IMG/VR virus record: IMGVR_UViG_3300046738_000019 | Location: 1-33,229 of that record | DNA from: a virus | Lineage: Duplodnaviria; Caudoviricetes | Length of the DNA: 33,229 bases | Reading direction: 5' to 3' (one strand) | In this document: one piece after another, positions 9,305-18,135 of the stretch | How positions within the stretch are numbered: position 1 is the first letter of the stretch | Layout of the letters: each line of letters opens with the position of its first letter | Notes under the pieces: model-generated | Seen by the model: only the letters and a program-made list of their open reading frames with translations | The model's database searches: none | What the model was told of the DNA's origin: nothing | Position numbers and translations under genes: made by a program

Positions 9305-10932
9305 CAGCCACCTCCGGCCTGCGCCACGGCCGCCACGGTCTTCCGGCGCTCGGCCTCAAGGGTTTTCTGCATCGCCCGGCGCATCTCCTCGGGGTTGCCG
9401 CCCACCATGTTCAGCACGACATTCATGGGGCCGGTGTTGACGGTGACCGGACCCTTGGCCACTGCTCCGCCAGCGGGGGCAATCGGCGCGCTGACTGCGG
9501 CGCCTACCGCCGAAGGGGCCGCGCGCCCAACCTGGATCTCCTCTACCGGCGCGTTGTAGCCGCGGCCAAGCGCACGACCGGTTTTCGTCGCGGTGCGCTC
9601 GGCCCGGATGTCAGCAGCTTTCTCAGCAAGCCCTTGCTGCCGAGCCTGCTCGGGGGTCATGAGTCCCGCCCCGTACCCCTGACCCGCCGCGCGCTCGCTC
9701 GAGAAGGCAACCCGCTGTTTTCCAGTGGCAGCGCCGCCGACCACCGGGAGGTTGTAGAAGAAGTCCGCGATGGCGGTCCCCAAGCGAGCGTAGAGGTTGT
9801 ACAAGCGCTCGCCGGCGAGCTCGAGTTCACCAAACCACCCGATCTGCGCTTGGAGATCTTCGGAGTCCGCGTCCTTCCACAAGTTCCGCCATGCCTCAGC
9901 GAGCAGCTCGACACCAGCCTTGTGATTGCGAACGAACTCGTCTGTGGCTCCGATGCCAAAGACCGTGTCGATGTAGTCGCCGATGACGGTCTTGCCGCCC
10001 GAAAACAGCGTGAGTACTTCGTCGATGAGCAGGATGAGTGCTGCCGCGGCGAGGGCCGGAATGACGAATGGTGCGATGAGGCTCGCGCCAATCACGACAG
10101 CCGCAGCACCGAGCACCCACATTGCCGTCTCGAGCACGTGCGTGCCCTTGGCCCAGTCACGAAACGCGCGGATGCCGCCGAGCACGAACTGGATGCCGCG
10201 CTCGATCACTGGCATGACGGATTGGCCCATCTCGGTGCCGAGATCCCGCAGCGCGGCGCCGAGCGCCTTGCTGGCATTCGCGTAGCCCCCCGACGTCCGC
10301 GCCGCATCGCCTTGAGCGGTGACGGTGTTGGCGAGGATGAACTGATACCGAAGTTCGGTCTTCTCCGCCACGTTCATCGCCGAGAGCTTCTTGTTGATGC
10401 CCTGCGCGTGCGCATATTCCTGCAACGTTGCGTCCTGCATCACGATGCCAAACCGCTTCAGCGGTTCAGCTTCGCCAGAAATGCCGGCGCGCAGCGCCAT
10501 CAGCGCGTCTTCGTCGCTGGCATTGAAGAAGCTCCCAAGATCGACGGCGAGGCCGCTGAGCGTCGTGCTCATCTCCTGCGCGGCGGCCTTGTTCTGCACC
10601 ATGGGATCGAGCATCGCGCCCAAGCGGCCCGCGAACTCTTGGAGTTGGTACTGGGAGCGCCCAACTTCGCTCGCAACGGTCTGCGACCAGTCTTTAACCT
10701 GAGCCGCGCCCGCCGCCCCAAAGACCGACTCGAGCACGTTCGCCGTCTCGTTGGCGTCGCTTGCCAGGTCCACGATCTTCGCGATACCGGCACCAATGCC
10801 CGCGAGCGAAGCCACCTGCCCGAGCTTCTGCAGGCCGGACTTGAGCTTATCGACGGAGGATTCCGCTTGCTTGAAGCCCTGGCCGTCGACCTGGAACCCC
10901 AACCGCGCGACGAGTTCGCGGAGCACCGTCAT
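9304..10932 (-). CDS. Tail tape measure protein
   Basis: LRELV..LGF start, DLGSFFN, GISGEAEPLKRFGI, AQGDAART motifs; Ala-rich with a hydrophobic segment. Confidence 0.9.
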   Translation of the reverse strand: MTVLRELVARLGFQVDGQGFKQAESSVDKLKSGLQKLGQVASLAGIGAGIAKIVDLASDANETANVLESVFGAAGAAQVKDWSQTVASEVGRSQYQLQEFAGRLGAMLDPMVQNKAAAQEMSTTLSGLAVDLGSFFNASDEDALMALRAGISGEAEPLKRFGIVMQDATLQEYAHAQGINKKLSAMNVAEKTELRYQFILANTVTAQGDAARTSGGYANASKALGAALRDLGTEMGQSVMPVIERGIQFVLGGIRAFRDWAKGTHVLETAMWVLGAAAVVIGASLIAPFVIPALAAAALILLIDEVLTLFSGGKTVIGDYIDTVFGIGATDEFVRNHKAGVELLAEAWRNLWKDADSEDLQAQIGWFGELELAGERLYNLYARLGTAIADFFYNLPVVGGAATGKQRVAFSSERAAGQGYGAGLMTPEQARQQGLAEKAADIRAERTATKTGRALGRGYNAPVEEIQVGRAAPSAVGAAVSAPIAPAGGAVAKGPVTVNTGPMNVVLNMVGGNPEEMRRAMQKTLEAERRKTVAAVAQAGGG

Positions 10933-11165
10933 GGGTGATGGCTCCGGGCTGCCAACCGATCGAGCTCGTCATACATGTCCAGCACGTCGTGGGCCTCATA
11001 CAGGTCGTCGAGCGACCATTGACATTGGATTTCTACGAGGGACGCGCGGTAGCGTTCGCTACTGGCGATGCGGTGGATGTCCCAGTCGATGTGCTCGGGG
11101 ACCGCGATGCTGACAGCGCGTTCCGGATCCGGACGAGCAGGCCCGCGCCGCTGCTCGACCCGGCG
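10929..11165 (-). CDS. C-terminal extension of the tail assembly chaperone (gpT-like), probably reached by -1 frameshift
   Basis: Frame EFFRR...WSLDDLYEAHDVLD ends overlapping the TMP start and opens across the slippery site. Confidence 0.7.
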   Translation of the reverse strand, partial: RRVEQRRGPARPDPERAVSIAVPEHIDWDIHRIASSERYRASLVEIQCQWSLDDLYEAHDVLDMYDELDRLAARSHHP

Positions 11166-11560
11166 AAAAAACTCCCGAAGTTCACCTCCAGGCAGAACGC
11201 CGCCCACCCAAGCATCTCGTCATACCGCCCGGCGAAGTGTTGGTCGAAAACGTCCGACAGTCGCGGCTCCCGCTCGCCCAGAACGAGCACCGTCTGCTTG
11301 GCGAACTCATCGAGCACGTTGCCGACTTCAGTCTCGGTGAGACGCTCGGCGAGCTCGTAAAAGCCTTGGCCGATGCCGGCCGCGAGCGCGGCCTCGACCT
11401 CTTGGTGCTTGCCCTGGGCCAGGCTGCTCAGCAAGGCACCGAGGCTTGGCCCCAAGAGCTTCACAATCCGAGTGAGCAGTCCGCGCCCCTGCTTGGCCCC
11501 GAACTGCGTGACGCGGTAGGTGCACTCACCGATCTGCTTTTCTCGGTACTCGATGGCCAC
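11033..11560 (-). CDS. Tail assembly chaperone (gpG-like)
   Basis: Between tube and TMP; FDQHFAG.Y......LEVNFGSFF motif. Confidence 0.8.
   Translation of the reverse strand: MAIEYREKQIGECTYRVTQFGAKQGRGLLTRIVKLLGPSLGALLSSLAQGKHQEVEAALAAGIGQGFYELAERLTETEVGNVLDEFAKQTVLVLGEREPRLSDVFDQHFAGRYDEMLGWAAFCLEVNFGSFFAGSSSGAGLLVRIRNALSASRSPSTSTGTSTASPVANATARPS
11134..11171 (-). promoter_or_regulatory. Programmed -1 ribosomal frameshift signal (T TTT TTC plus downstream hairpin)
   Basis: Heptamer 11165-11171, 7-nt spacer, CGAGCAG/CTGCTCG stem. Confidence 0.75.
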
Positions 11561-11563
11561 GCG

Positions 11564-12001
11564 TCACCTTCCGCCGATGAAGGTTGCCTGCGCTCGCGCC
11601 AGTCGAATCTTCCATTCGTACACCTGGACGGTCTTGCCCACCTTGATCGCCGGCAGCGCCATGATCCACGAGCGTTCGGCGAGAATCACCAGGCGCCCTT
11701 CCTGGTCGCGAGCACTGAACACGCCAGCGCCGGCGCCGTTGGGCAGCGCAGTGTCCGCCGCAAAGAGGCCGCTCAGGCGGTCGTTGGCCGCTGCGGTGTG
11801 CGCATATCTCAGCGTCGCCGTAGCGCGGTAGTCGTTGGTCCTGTAACGCGACACTTCGCCGTCGGCCCCAATGAAGTCTCCGAACTGATCCTCGGCCCAC
11901 TCGAGGCTCAGCACCTCGTCGTCGGCGTAGCCGCCCGCATCCAGCGGCACGGCGTTGAGGCTCATCGCGAGGTCGTTGATGTTCCAGTCCTTGAATGCCA
12001 T
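11564..12001 (-). CDS. Tail tube protein (DUF3277-like)
   Basis: GY.DD, GADGEV motif, 145 aa, follows sheath. Confidence 0.82.
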   Translation of the reverse strand: MAFKDWNINDLAMSLNAVPLDAGGYADDEVLSLEWAEDQFGDFIGADGEVSRYRTNDYRATATLRYAHTAAANDRLSGLFAADTALPNGAGAGVFSARDQEGRLVILAERSWIMALPAIKVGKTVQVYEWKIRLARAQATFIGGR

Positions 12002-12013
12002 GCGGACCTCCTC

Positions 12014-13333
12014 CTACAGGGCCGTGCGAACCGTGCCGACGATCTGCACCTTGTGCACCGCGCCCTGCAGGACGAATGCGAACTTGACGTCGGGCAATAT
12101 GCGGGCGATGCGATCGTTGGGGTTGACGGCGGCGACCTTGGGCACGGTCACCGACCAGGGCGAGTCGCCGTCGATGAGCGTGCTCGCGATGCCCTCGAGT
12201 ATCTGGCCCTGGACCTGCGCGCGCGGAAGCTCGACGCCCTTGTCGGTATACGGAACCTTGTCGTTGTTCGCGAGCAACGCGACAATGCGCTCAACCACTC
12301 GCGCATCAAACCAGTCCATGCCGTGCGTGATGTCGATGTAGCGCCCGGAAGCAGCGCGCCCGTCGAGCGTGAAGCCGACGCCCTTGACGTCGACATAGTA
12401 GTTGCCGTTCTTGCCCTTGAGCACGCCGCGCTCGCTGTCGCTGAGCACGCTCTTGTCGATGCCAGAGAGGCTCTTGTTGGCCCACGTCGCCGAGCCAGGA
12501 GCCTTGGGCAGCATGCGCCCGGCCCACGCCGCGGCGGCGTATTGCGACGGGTTGTGGTGGTAGAGCGGAATGGTGCGCTGGTACGTCGCGGTCTTGAGTT
12601 GGCTCAGGATGTCACTGCTGACAGCGCCGTTCTTCGTGTCGCTGTCAGCCGTGTTCACGAACAAGAGCACGCGCTGGCTCTCGGCCCACGCTGCTGCCGC
12701 CAAGATCTCCGCGCTGCTGTTGCTGTCGAGCAATAGGCCATACCAGTCGGCATCGTAGGCGCGGATAGCGGCCAGGTCAGTCGCGATCCCAATCGCAGGA
12801 TCGGCGGTCACATCCTTGAAGGCGAGGTTACTCGAGAGGTTTTCGTAGCGATGGATTGCACCTGGCGTCTCTCCGGCCGAAGTCACGTAAGTGGCACCAT
12901 CGGTGCCGGTGACTCCCGGAAGCGCCGTGATCGCGCTAGTCAACGCGGCCACGATTTCCGCAATGCTGGGCGATGGGTCGGCTGTCGTGCTTACCGTGGT
13001 GCCGTTGACGTCGAGCCTGTACACATCGCCAGGCACCGGGGTGCTCGGAGTCAGGCGCACAGTGTGCGTGCCAATGCCGAGGCGCTTGCCCACCTTGAAC
13101 TGCGGGGGGCATGGCTTTTGGGACTTCAATGCGCGGGCCGCGAGATAGATCGGGTGCGTCACGGGCATGCTGAGTGGTGCGACTGTCATCTCGTCCGCAT
13201 CGGAGAACGTGCGGACGCGCTCGGACCAGAAGCTGTGATAGCCCGCGATGAGCGGCGTGCCGAAGCCTTCCTGGGAGACGGCGGCGTCTTTGATCTCGAT
13301 CGTGGTGGTGACGACTTCCGAAGCGCTGGCCAT
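12014..13333 (-). CDS. Tail sheath protein (DUF3383-like)
   Basis: GFGTPLI, PGSATWANKSL.G, G.YIDI..G.DW, KVPYTD.G, GAVHKV.I.GTV; ATG 13333 has an upstream AGGAGG. Confidence 0.88.
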   Translation of the reverse strand: MASASEVVTTTIEIKDAAVSQEGFGTPLIAGYHSFWSERVRTFSDADEMTVAPLSMPVTHPIYLAARALKSQKPCPPQFKVGKRLGIGTHTVRLTPSTPVPGDVYRLDVNGTTVSTTADPSPSIAEIVAALTSAITALPGVTGTDGATYVTSAGETPGAIHRYENLSSNLAFKDVTADPAIGIATDLAAIRAYDADWYGLLLDSNSSAEILAAAAWAESQRVLLFVNTADSDTKNGAVSSDILSQLKTATYQRTIPLYHHNPSQYAAAAWAGRMLPKAPGSATWANKSLSGIDKSVLSDSERGVLKGKNGNYYVDVKGVGFTLDGRAASGRYIDITHGMDWFDARVVERIVALLANNDKVPYTDKGVELPRAQVQGQILEGIASTLIDGDSPWSVTVPKVAAVNPNDRIARILPDVKFAFVLQGAVHKVQIVGTVRTAL

Positions 13334-13343
13334 ACCGAGCCTC

Positions 13344-13895
13344 CTACGGGATATCCTTGTCGGGGATGGCGATGGCCCCATTCACGGTGCCGCTCAACTT
13401 CACACGTTCGATGGTGCCCACAGGGTTATCCGCGTCGCTCTCGATGCTCACCCAGTTCAAGAGCACGTCGAGCGACGCGACCGACTCGTCGCGGTTGTCG
13501 TACGCGCGCCCGAGATCTATCAGGGCCGAGCTCTCGCGGACGCCGACACCGAGTTGCCGAAGTCCAGTCGTGGTCCCCGGGAAGTAGAGCCGCCCGCGGA
13601 CGCGCTCGAGCATGGCGTAGGCGCGGTAGGCGGCCCGCTGGTCGCGGGAATGAATCTGGCAGTTCAGGGTGATGCGTCGATTGCCGACCACCGTCACGGC
13701 GAGGTCGGCGCCCTGCTTGGTGTACCGCACCTCGTCCACGCTGGACTCGGTGGCTGAGCTCTGCAGCTGCAGCTCGGCCCAGGGATACTTCCGCATGCCA
13801 ACCGGGTCGCCGGCCCAGGTGACACTTTGCACGGGGATGCCACTCGCATCGGAGAACCAAGCTCGCAGGCCGTCATGTAGCGCTTGCCAGTCCAT
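13344..13895 (-). CDS. Neck/tail terminator protein
   Basis: Position before sheath; 183 aa; coupled start. Confidence 0.65.
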   Translation of the reverse strand: MDWQALHDGLRAWFSDASGIPVQSVTWAGDPVGMRKYPWAELQLQSSATESSVDEVRYTKQGADLAVTVVGNRRITLNCQIHSRDQRAAYRAYAMLERVRGRLYFPGTTTGLRQLGVGVRESSALIDLGRAYDNRDESVASLDVLLNWVSIESDADNPVGTIERVKLSGTVNGAIAIPDKDIP

Positions 13896-14401
13896 CAGGC
13901 GCCCTCGGCTTTGTGCGTGACGGATCCGCGAAGCTGCCCACTGTCGATGAGCGGCTTGCTCGAGCCCTTGCGAGCGATGGTGCTTGGCCGATTGGGCGGG
14001 CTGAGCCCGTCGGCGATCCGCTGCTTCATGATGCCGGTCGCCTGCTCGCCGAGGAGGTTGAGCGCCTGGCCGACCGAGAACTTGCCGAGCAGCACGCCTT
14101 GGCCGACCGCGGTGGCGGTGCGCTGGAGTTTGCCGACGTGCTCGTCAATGGCGGCCCGGATGAAGCTCCGCTGCGGGATGACGACCTCAGAACCGTCCTT
14201 TTTGCGGATGACCTTGCCAAACTCGTGAATCGTCGCGAGAGCGGCCACCGTCATGGGTGCATCAGGATGCTGCGCCGCGGCATGGCTACCCTGCACGCCG
14301 ACGAGCGTGAACGCGCCGGGCCGGGAAAGCCGGAGCACGCGGTTCTTGAGAGCGCGCCAACCCTTGTCCTTGTCGGTGATTTTGACGCTCGCGCCTGCCA
14401 T
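13895..14401 (-). CDS. Neck/tail completion (virion morphogenesis) protein
   Basis: A.IHEFG, IPQRSFIR, PPN.PSTIARKGSSKPLIDSGQLR.SVT motif. Confidence 0.82.
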   Translation of the reverse strand: MAGASVKITDKDKGWRALKNRVLRLSRPGAFTLVGVQGSHAAAQHPDAPMTVAALATIHEFGKVIRKKDGSEVVIPQRSFIRAAIDEHVGKLQRTATAVGQGVLLGKFSVGQALNLLGEQATGIMKQRIADGLSPPNRPSTIARKGSSKPLIDSGQLRGSVTHKAEGA

Positions 14402-14691
14402 CACACCACCATGGGCCCGGCAATGGAGCGCAGGAGCCGGAGATACTCTCGCTCGTAGAGCGTGCGTGCACCGTCGGGCTCCTTATTCGGATCCAGACGC
14501 GCGAACTCCCCACCCGGAGAAAGCGCCACGAGGTGACAGGCTAGGTACTTCACCGTGTAGTCGTGGCGGTCGCCGAACGCAGAGACGTTGAGCATGGCCG
14601 TGGCGTCGCCGATCTTGGCAGTAATGAGCGCCGAGTCCGTGTTCGCGAACTCGGTGAACTCTGCCTTGATCTGATCGACCGTCACGGCCAC
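14401..14691 (-). CDS. Head-tail adaptor (DUF4054-like)
   Basis: F.EF, YLACHL, T.Y.REY..L motifs. Confidence 0.75.
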   Translation of the reverse strand: MAVTVDQIKAEFTEFANTDSALITAKIGDATAMLNVSAFGDRHDYTVKYLACHLVALSPGGEFARLDPNKEPDGARTLYEREYLRLLRSIAGPMVV

Positions 14692-14694
14692 CTC

Positions 14695-15057
14695 CTACTC
14701 CCGCTCGCCTCGGCGTGAGCCTGTGCCGCGCCCTGGAGGACCGGCCGGCTCGGACTGAGTTGGCGCAGTAGGCGGCGTAGGCGTCGGCCCGCTCACGGAT
14801 GAGGAAGCAGTCACGGGCGCGGCAGGCTCTCCGCCGCCCGCACCCTCAACCTCGAGTTCCTTCTGGTCGATCCACATTTTTACGGCCGACGTCTTCAGTG
14901 CGTCCTGAAAGCGCTTCTTCTCGTCCTCGCTGTCGAATGTCACCTTGAAACCAGGCCCGCCTTCTTCTGTCGGCGGAACGCTGATGAGCTGGCCGCCAGC
15001 GAGCGCCAGATGCTTCACATGTGCGGTTTTATTTCGAATCGTGATTTCGCTCGCCAT
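14695..15057 (-). CDS. Hypothetical head-associated protein with Pro/Gly/Ser-rich tail
   Basis: Directly after the major capsid gene; globular N-terminus and low-complexity C-terminus. Confidence 0.65.
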   Translation of the reverse strand: MASEITIRNKTAHVKHLALAGGQLISVPPTEEGGPGFKVTFDSEDEKKRFQDALKTSAVKMWIDQKELEVEGAGGGEPAAPVTASSSVSGPTPTPPTAPTQSEPAGPPGRGTGSRRGERE

Positions 15058-15059
15058 GA

Positions 15060-16136
15060 TCAAATCCCATTCATGTAGACGGCGCCGAGCGGGTACTCGA
15101 ACGCGACGCCGCCGATGCGCCCGACCGAGTTGATTTCGAATGACAGGTTCTTGGCCTGCGGCGGGAGCTCTTGCTGCTCGAGCGGGATCTCCATGTGCAC
15201 TACCGTCGGGTCGCGGCGATACATCACCGCTCGCGGCTGGCCGCCATTGGCAGTATCAGCAAAGTACCACCAGTCTATGTTGCGAACGGTCTCGCTTCGC
15301 TCGAGGAACACCTTGAGAATCGTGTCGGTGGGATTGGAGCCCGCGCCAGTGTACAGAGGTATCTTGCCGAGCTGCCGGTAACGCGACAGTGGCAAAACAA
15401 GCGTGTCGGGTCGCATCACGCCCTTGGTGGTGGTCACGACGGCGTCTTCCATCGCAAGGAGATCATCCAAGACCTCGGCGGCCTTCTTGTCGGTGCCGAT
15501 CCATGAGGTCGCCGATCCGGTCGCCGGGGCAGCCGCGTTGATCTGAGGCACGTTCGCATTGTTGAGCAGGCCCTTGGCATCGGTTTCCTTGATGCCGATG
15601 GCGGCGATTTCCTCAATCTTCTGCTCGAAGCCTGCGGTGACAGCCGCTGCTTTGCGTGCTCGGAGTGGTACGCCCGCCTTCGCCGTGCGAAGGAGATCGA
15701 GCCAGCTCCACTCGTAGCCGAGAGCCATGGTCTCGATACCGTATGTGAACTTCTTTGCAAACGTCGCGACCTTCGGGATGTCATCAGCGTAGTTCGCGAC
15801 GATCTTCGCCATGCCCGCCCGGTCCCATTGCGCATAGGCCCAGGACTCCGCACCCGGGTCCATCTCGTTGGTAACCGGCACGAGCCGCCGCGCCTTGAAC
15901 TCTGGGCGCTGAATGTCGACCTGTCGCGCGCGCATCTGCTCAAGTTGATTGGTCAGCACCATTGTCTCGTTGGCATCGAGACGGTGGGCGCCATACACCT
16001 CGGCACGATGAACGATCAGTGCGCGGTAGATGTTGTCGAGCTCGCCGGCATCCAGGCGTGCGCCGGTAAGCCGGGCGAGCTCGACCGCGATTTGCTCGCG
16101 ATTGTAGGGGGTCATGGTCTGGTTCTGGAAGAGCAT
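15060..16136 (-). CDS. Major capsid protein (DUF2184-like, HK97 fold)
   Basis: G.AKIVA.YADDIP, GLLNNANVP, PDTLVLP, GGVAF.YP...Y..GI C-terminus; AAGGA RBS. Confidence 0.9.
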   Translation of the reverse strand: MLFQNQTMTPYNREQIAVELARLTGARLDAGELDNIYRALIVHRAEVYGAHRLDANETMVLTNQLEQMRARQVDIQRPEFKARRLVPVTNEMDPGAESWAYAQWDRAGMAKIVANYADDIPKVATFAKKFTYGIETMALGYEWSWLDLLRTAKAGVPLRARKAAAVTAGFEQKIEEIAAIGIKETDAKGLLNNANVPQINAAAPATGSATSWIGTDKKAAEVLDDLLAMEDAVVTTTKGVMRPDTLVLPLSRYRQLGKIPLYTGAGSNPTDTILKVFLERSETVRNIDWWYFADTANGGQPRAVMYRRDPTVVHMEIPLEQQELPPQAKNLSFEINSVGRIGGVAFEYPLGAVYMNGI

Positions 16137-16156
16137 GGGATTTCCTTTGCCGCGGC

Positions 16157-16642
16157 TCAGAAGAGCTCGATCTCGACCAGGACGAGTTGACCCGCACTGG
16201 CGTCAGTGAGGAAGATCGCGTGCGTGAGCTGTGCGGCGCTCGCGGTGTCCACGTCCGCACGGAAGCTGCCGAGCTCGGTGCCGCCCGCACCAGCAGCGTA
16301 TCGAATGAATGGATGGGTCCAGCGCGCAACGTTGGACTCGGCCAGTACCCACAACCGCCCGCGGCGAATGACTCCGATCGGGCGGTTGGCCGGGTAGTCC
16401 GAGCCGCCCTCGCGCGTACTGTCGAGGAACGTGACGCCCATCGCTCCGGGCTTGGTGATGTCGGCGGCTGCCGCCGGGAGCTTGGCCGCGTTGCGCACCT
16501 TGCCGGCGGTCTTGTCGGCGGTGAGCAGCTTGCCGATCTTCACCGCGGTCTGTGGGACCACGGTGTCGACGTACTTGGTGAAGTCTTCGGTGACCATGCC
16601 GAGAACGGCTTCGGGTTGCGTGTAGTCGTAGGAGGTCTGCAT
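16157..16642 (-). CDS. Head decoration/cement protein
   Basis: Between scaffold and capsid; MQTSY start, RRGRLWV motif. Confidence 0.75.
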   Translation of the reverse strand: MQTSYDYTQPEAVLGMVTEDFTKYVDTVVPQTAVKIGKLLTADKTAGKVRNAAKLPAAAADITKPGAMGVTFLDSTREGGSDYPANRPIGVIRRGRLWVLAESNVARWTHPFIRYAAGAGGTELGSFRADVDTASAAQLTHAIFLTDASAGQLVLVEIELF

Positions 16643-16660
16643 GGGGGCTCCTCGCGCGGC

Positions 16661-17836
16661 TTAGCTGCGCGCGTCCTTGCTCATGGCGAGCGGCTTCTGC
16701 CATTCGGGAACGAAGGCGTCCTGCCGCGCGGCGGGGGTGGACTGCGGGGCGCTCGAGCTGGTGGCTGCCCGTGAGCGGTCGAGCGCGTCGTTGCGGCCAG
16801 TGCTCTGCTGCGCTGGCGCGGACGAGACTGCGTGGTCGAAGCGCGCCTGCACGTAGTCGTCGCTTTTACCGGTGAGGTCGAGCTTGTCGTCAAGCTTCCT
16901 GAGCACCGCCTCGTGGATCTGACGCGGCGATAGGCCATCGAACTTGTGCTCAGTCGGAAGCACCTTGCGTGCTTGCTCGAGCAATGCGGAGCGCGCGGTA
17001 ACCGCCTCGTCCAGGCGCTTTGGGTCCCGCAAATCCTTGAGCTCTTTCTCAGCAGCGTCCGCGCGCCCCTGCGCCAGATCGCGCTCCTTGGTCAGCTTAG
17101 CGATCGTGTCGTCACGTTGCTTGAGCCCATCGTCGCGCTCCTTGAGCGCTTTCTCGATGACCTGAGCGCTCTGTTTGGGCGCCTGGATATCGAGCCCGTC
17201 CACTCGAATCGTTGCCGGATCCATCTCTGACTCCCCTCCCGGCGGGTCGCTGGGCCCGTCGTCCCGCCGCTCTGGCGGCGCACCAAAGGCAGACGCGGTC
17301 ATCGCGTCGCCAGAGTCCAGGCGCAGCGCGACTTCACTGCCCGCGCGTCCCCAATTGCGCGGCCCGAGCGCCGCGTGGTTGTAGACAATGTCCCGCTGCA
17401 CGGCGTCGTAGCGCTGGCCGTTCCATTCGCCAGGTGTCGCATCGAGCCGACACTGGTAGCCGCAGCTAATCTCGCGTCGGTCGCCGCGTTCGACGCGCGC
17501 GATGACCTCTTCGTCTTCGACAGTAACGTTCGCCGCCACCAGGTGGCCGTCCTGGCGCACCGCCTCGCCGACGTGCCCAATGCGCAGCGTGCGTACGTTC
17601 TTCGGGCTCACCATCTCGGTCGGGTGCAAGTCGGTCAGCGGTGCCGCCGAGAGTGAGGCGAGCGAATCCGCGCGGAAGACTTCCTCGGGCGGCCGGAGCT
17701 CGCGGGCAGTGGAGCCGTCGTGACGCTTGTACTCGAACACGCCCGCGCGCGTCAGGAACGCGGCGACGCGTAAGAAGCCCTGCGGAGTCCGCACGGGCTT
17801 GCCAATCTCAGCGACGTCGAAGCGGTTGACGCGCAC
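16661..17836 (-). CDS. DUF2213-like prohead protease/scaffold protein
   Basis: TPQGFL, RAGVFEY, RPPEEVF, PLTD.HP, EISCGY, YNH.AL...GRAG..V.LRLD; coiled-coil C-terminus. Confidence 0.88.
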   Translation of the reverse strand: MRVNRFDVAEIGKPVRTPQGFLRVAAFLTRAGVFEYKRHDGSTARELRPPEEVFRADSLASLSAAPLTDLHPTEMVSPKNVRTLRIGHVGEAVRQDGHLVAANVTVEDEEVIARVERGDRREISCGYQCRLDATPGEWNGQRYDAVQRDIVYNHAALGPRNWGRAGSEVALRLDSGDAMTASAFGAPPERRDDGPSDPPGGESEMDPATIRVDGLDIQAPKQSAQVIEKALKERDDGLKQRDDTIAKLTKERDLAQGRADAAEKELKDLRDPKRLDEAVTARSALLEQARKVLPTEHKFDGLSPRQIHEAVLRKLDDKLDLTGKSDDYVQARFDHAVSSAPAQQSTGRNDALDRSRAATSSSAPQSTPAARQDAFVPEWQKPLAMSKDARS

Positions 17837-17841
17837 CGCCG

Positions 17842-17870
17842 CTGGTATGCGGGGCTTTGTGGGTTGTCAA
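17842..17870 (-). promoter_or_regulatory. Sigma70-like promoter TTGACA-N17-TACCAG, 5 nt before GTG 17836
   Basis: Perfect TTGACA -35 in a short intergenic gap; twin motif at 6625-6653. Confidence 0.65.
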
Positions 17871-17880
17871 GCGCGGTACG

Positions 17881-18135
17881 TTATTCGTCCGGAACGGTCT
17901 CGATGAAGCAGCGGCTGCTGTTGCTGAAGGCAACTTCGAGCGCGTCGTAGTAGTCGGCGCCAGCCTCGGGCGAGAGCACCTTCTTGACCTTTCCCGAGTA
18001 GATGTCGTTTAGGCCGAAATACTTGACCACGTCCTTGGGCCCGTCGATCTCTACTCGATCACCGACCAGCCGAAAGGTGGCGATCACGTACCTCTCTGTC
18101 AAGTCATCGCCCGACAAACCGATGAGGCGTTTCAT
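17881..18135 (-). CDS. Putative immunity protein for the MuF kinase toxin
   Basis: 84-aa ORF with ATGA overlap on the MuF stop, placed inside the head operon; function inferred from position. Confidence 0.6.
   Translation of the reverse strand: MKRLIGLSGDDLTERYVIATFRLVGDRVEIDGPKDVVKYFGLNDIYSGKVKKVLSPEAGADYYDALEVAFSNSSRCFIETVPDE

Noticed and set aside
9634-12736. Long plus-strand ORFs (434 aa and 499 aa) and similar ones elsewhere
   Set aside because: Antisense shadows of the tape measure, chaperone, tube and sheath genes, as expected from GC-rich codon bias
4420-13895. Standalone contractile injection system or tailocin
   Set aside because: Capsid, portal, terminase and replication genes are contiguous with the tail genes, so this is a phage
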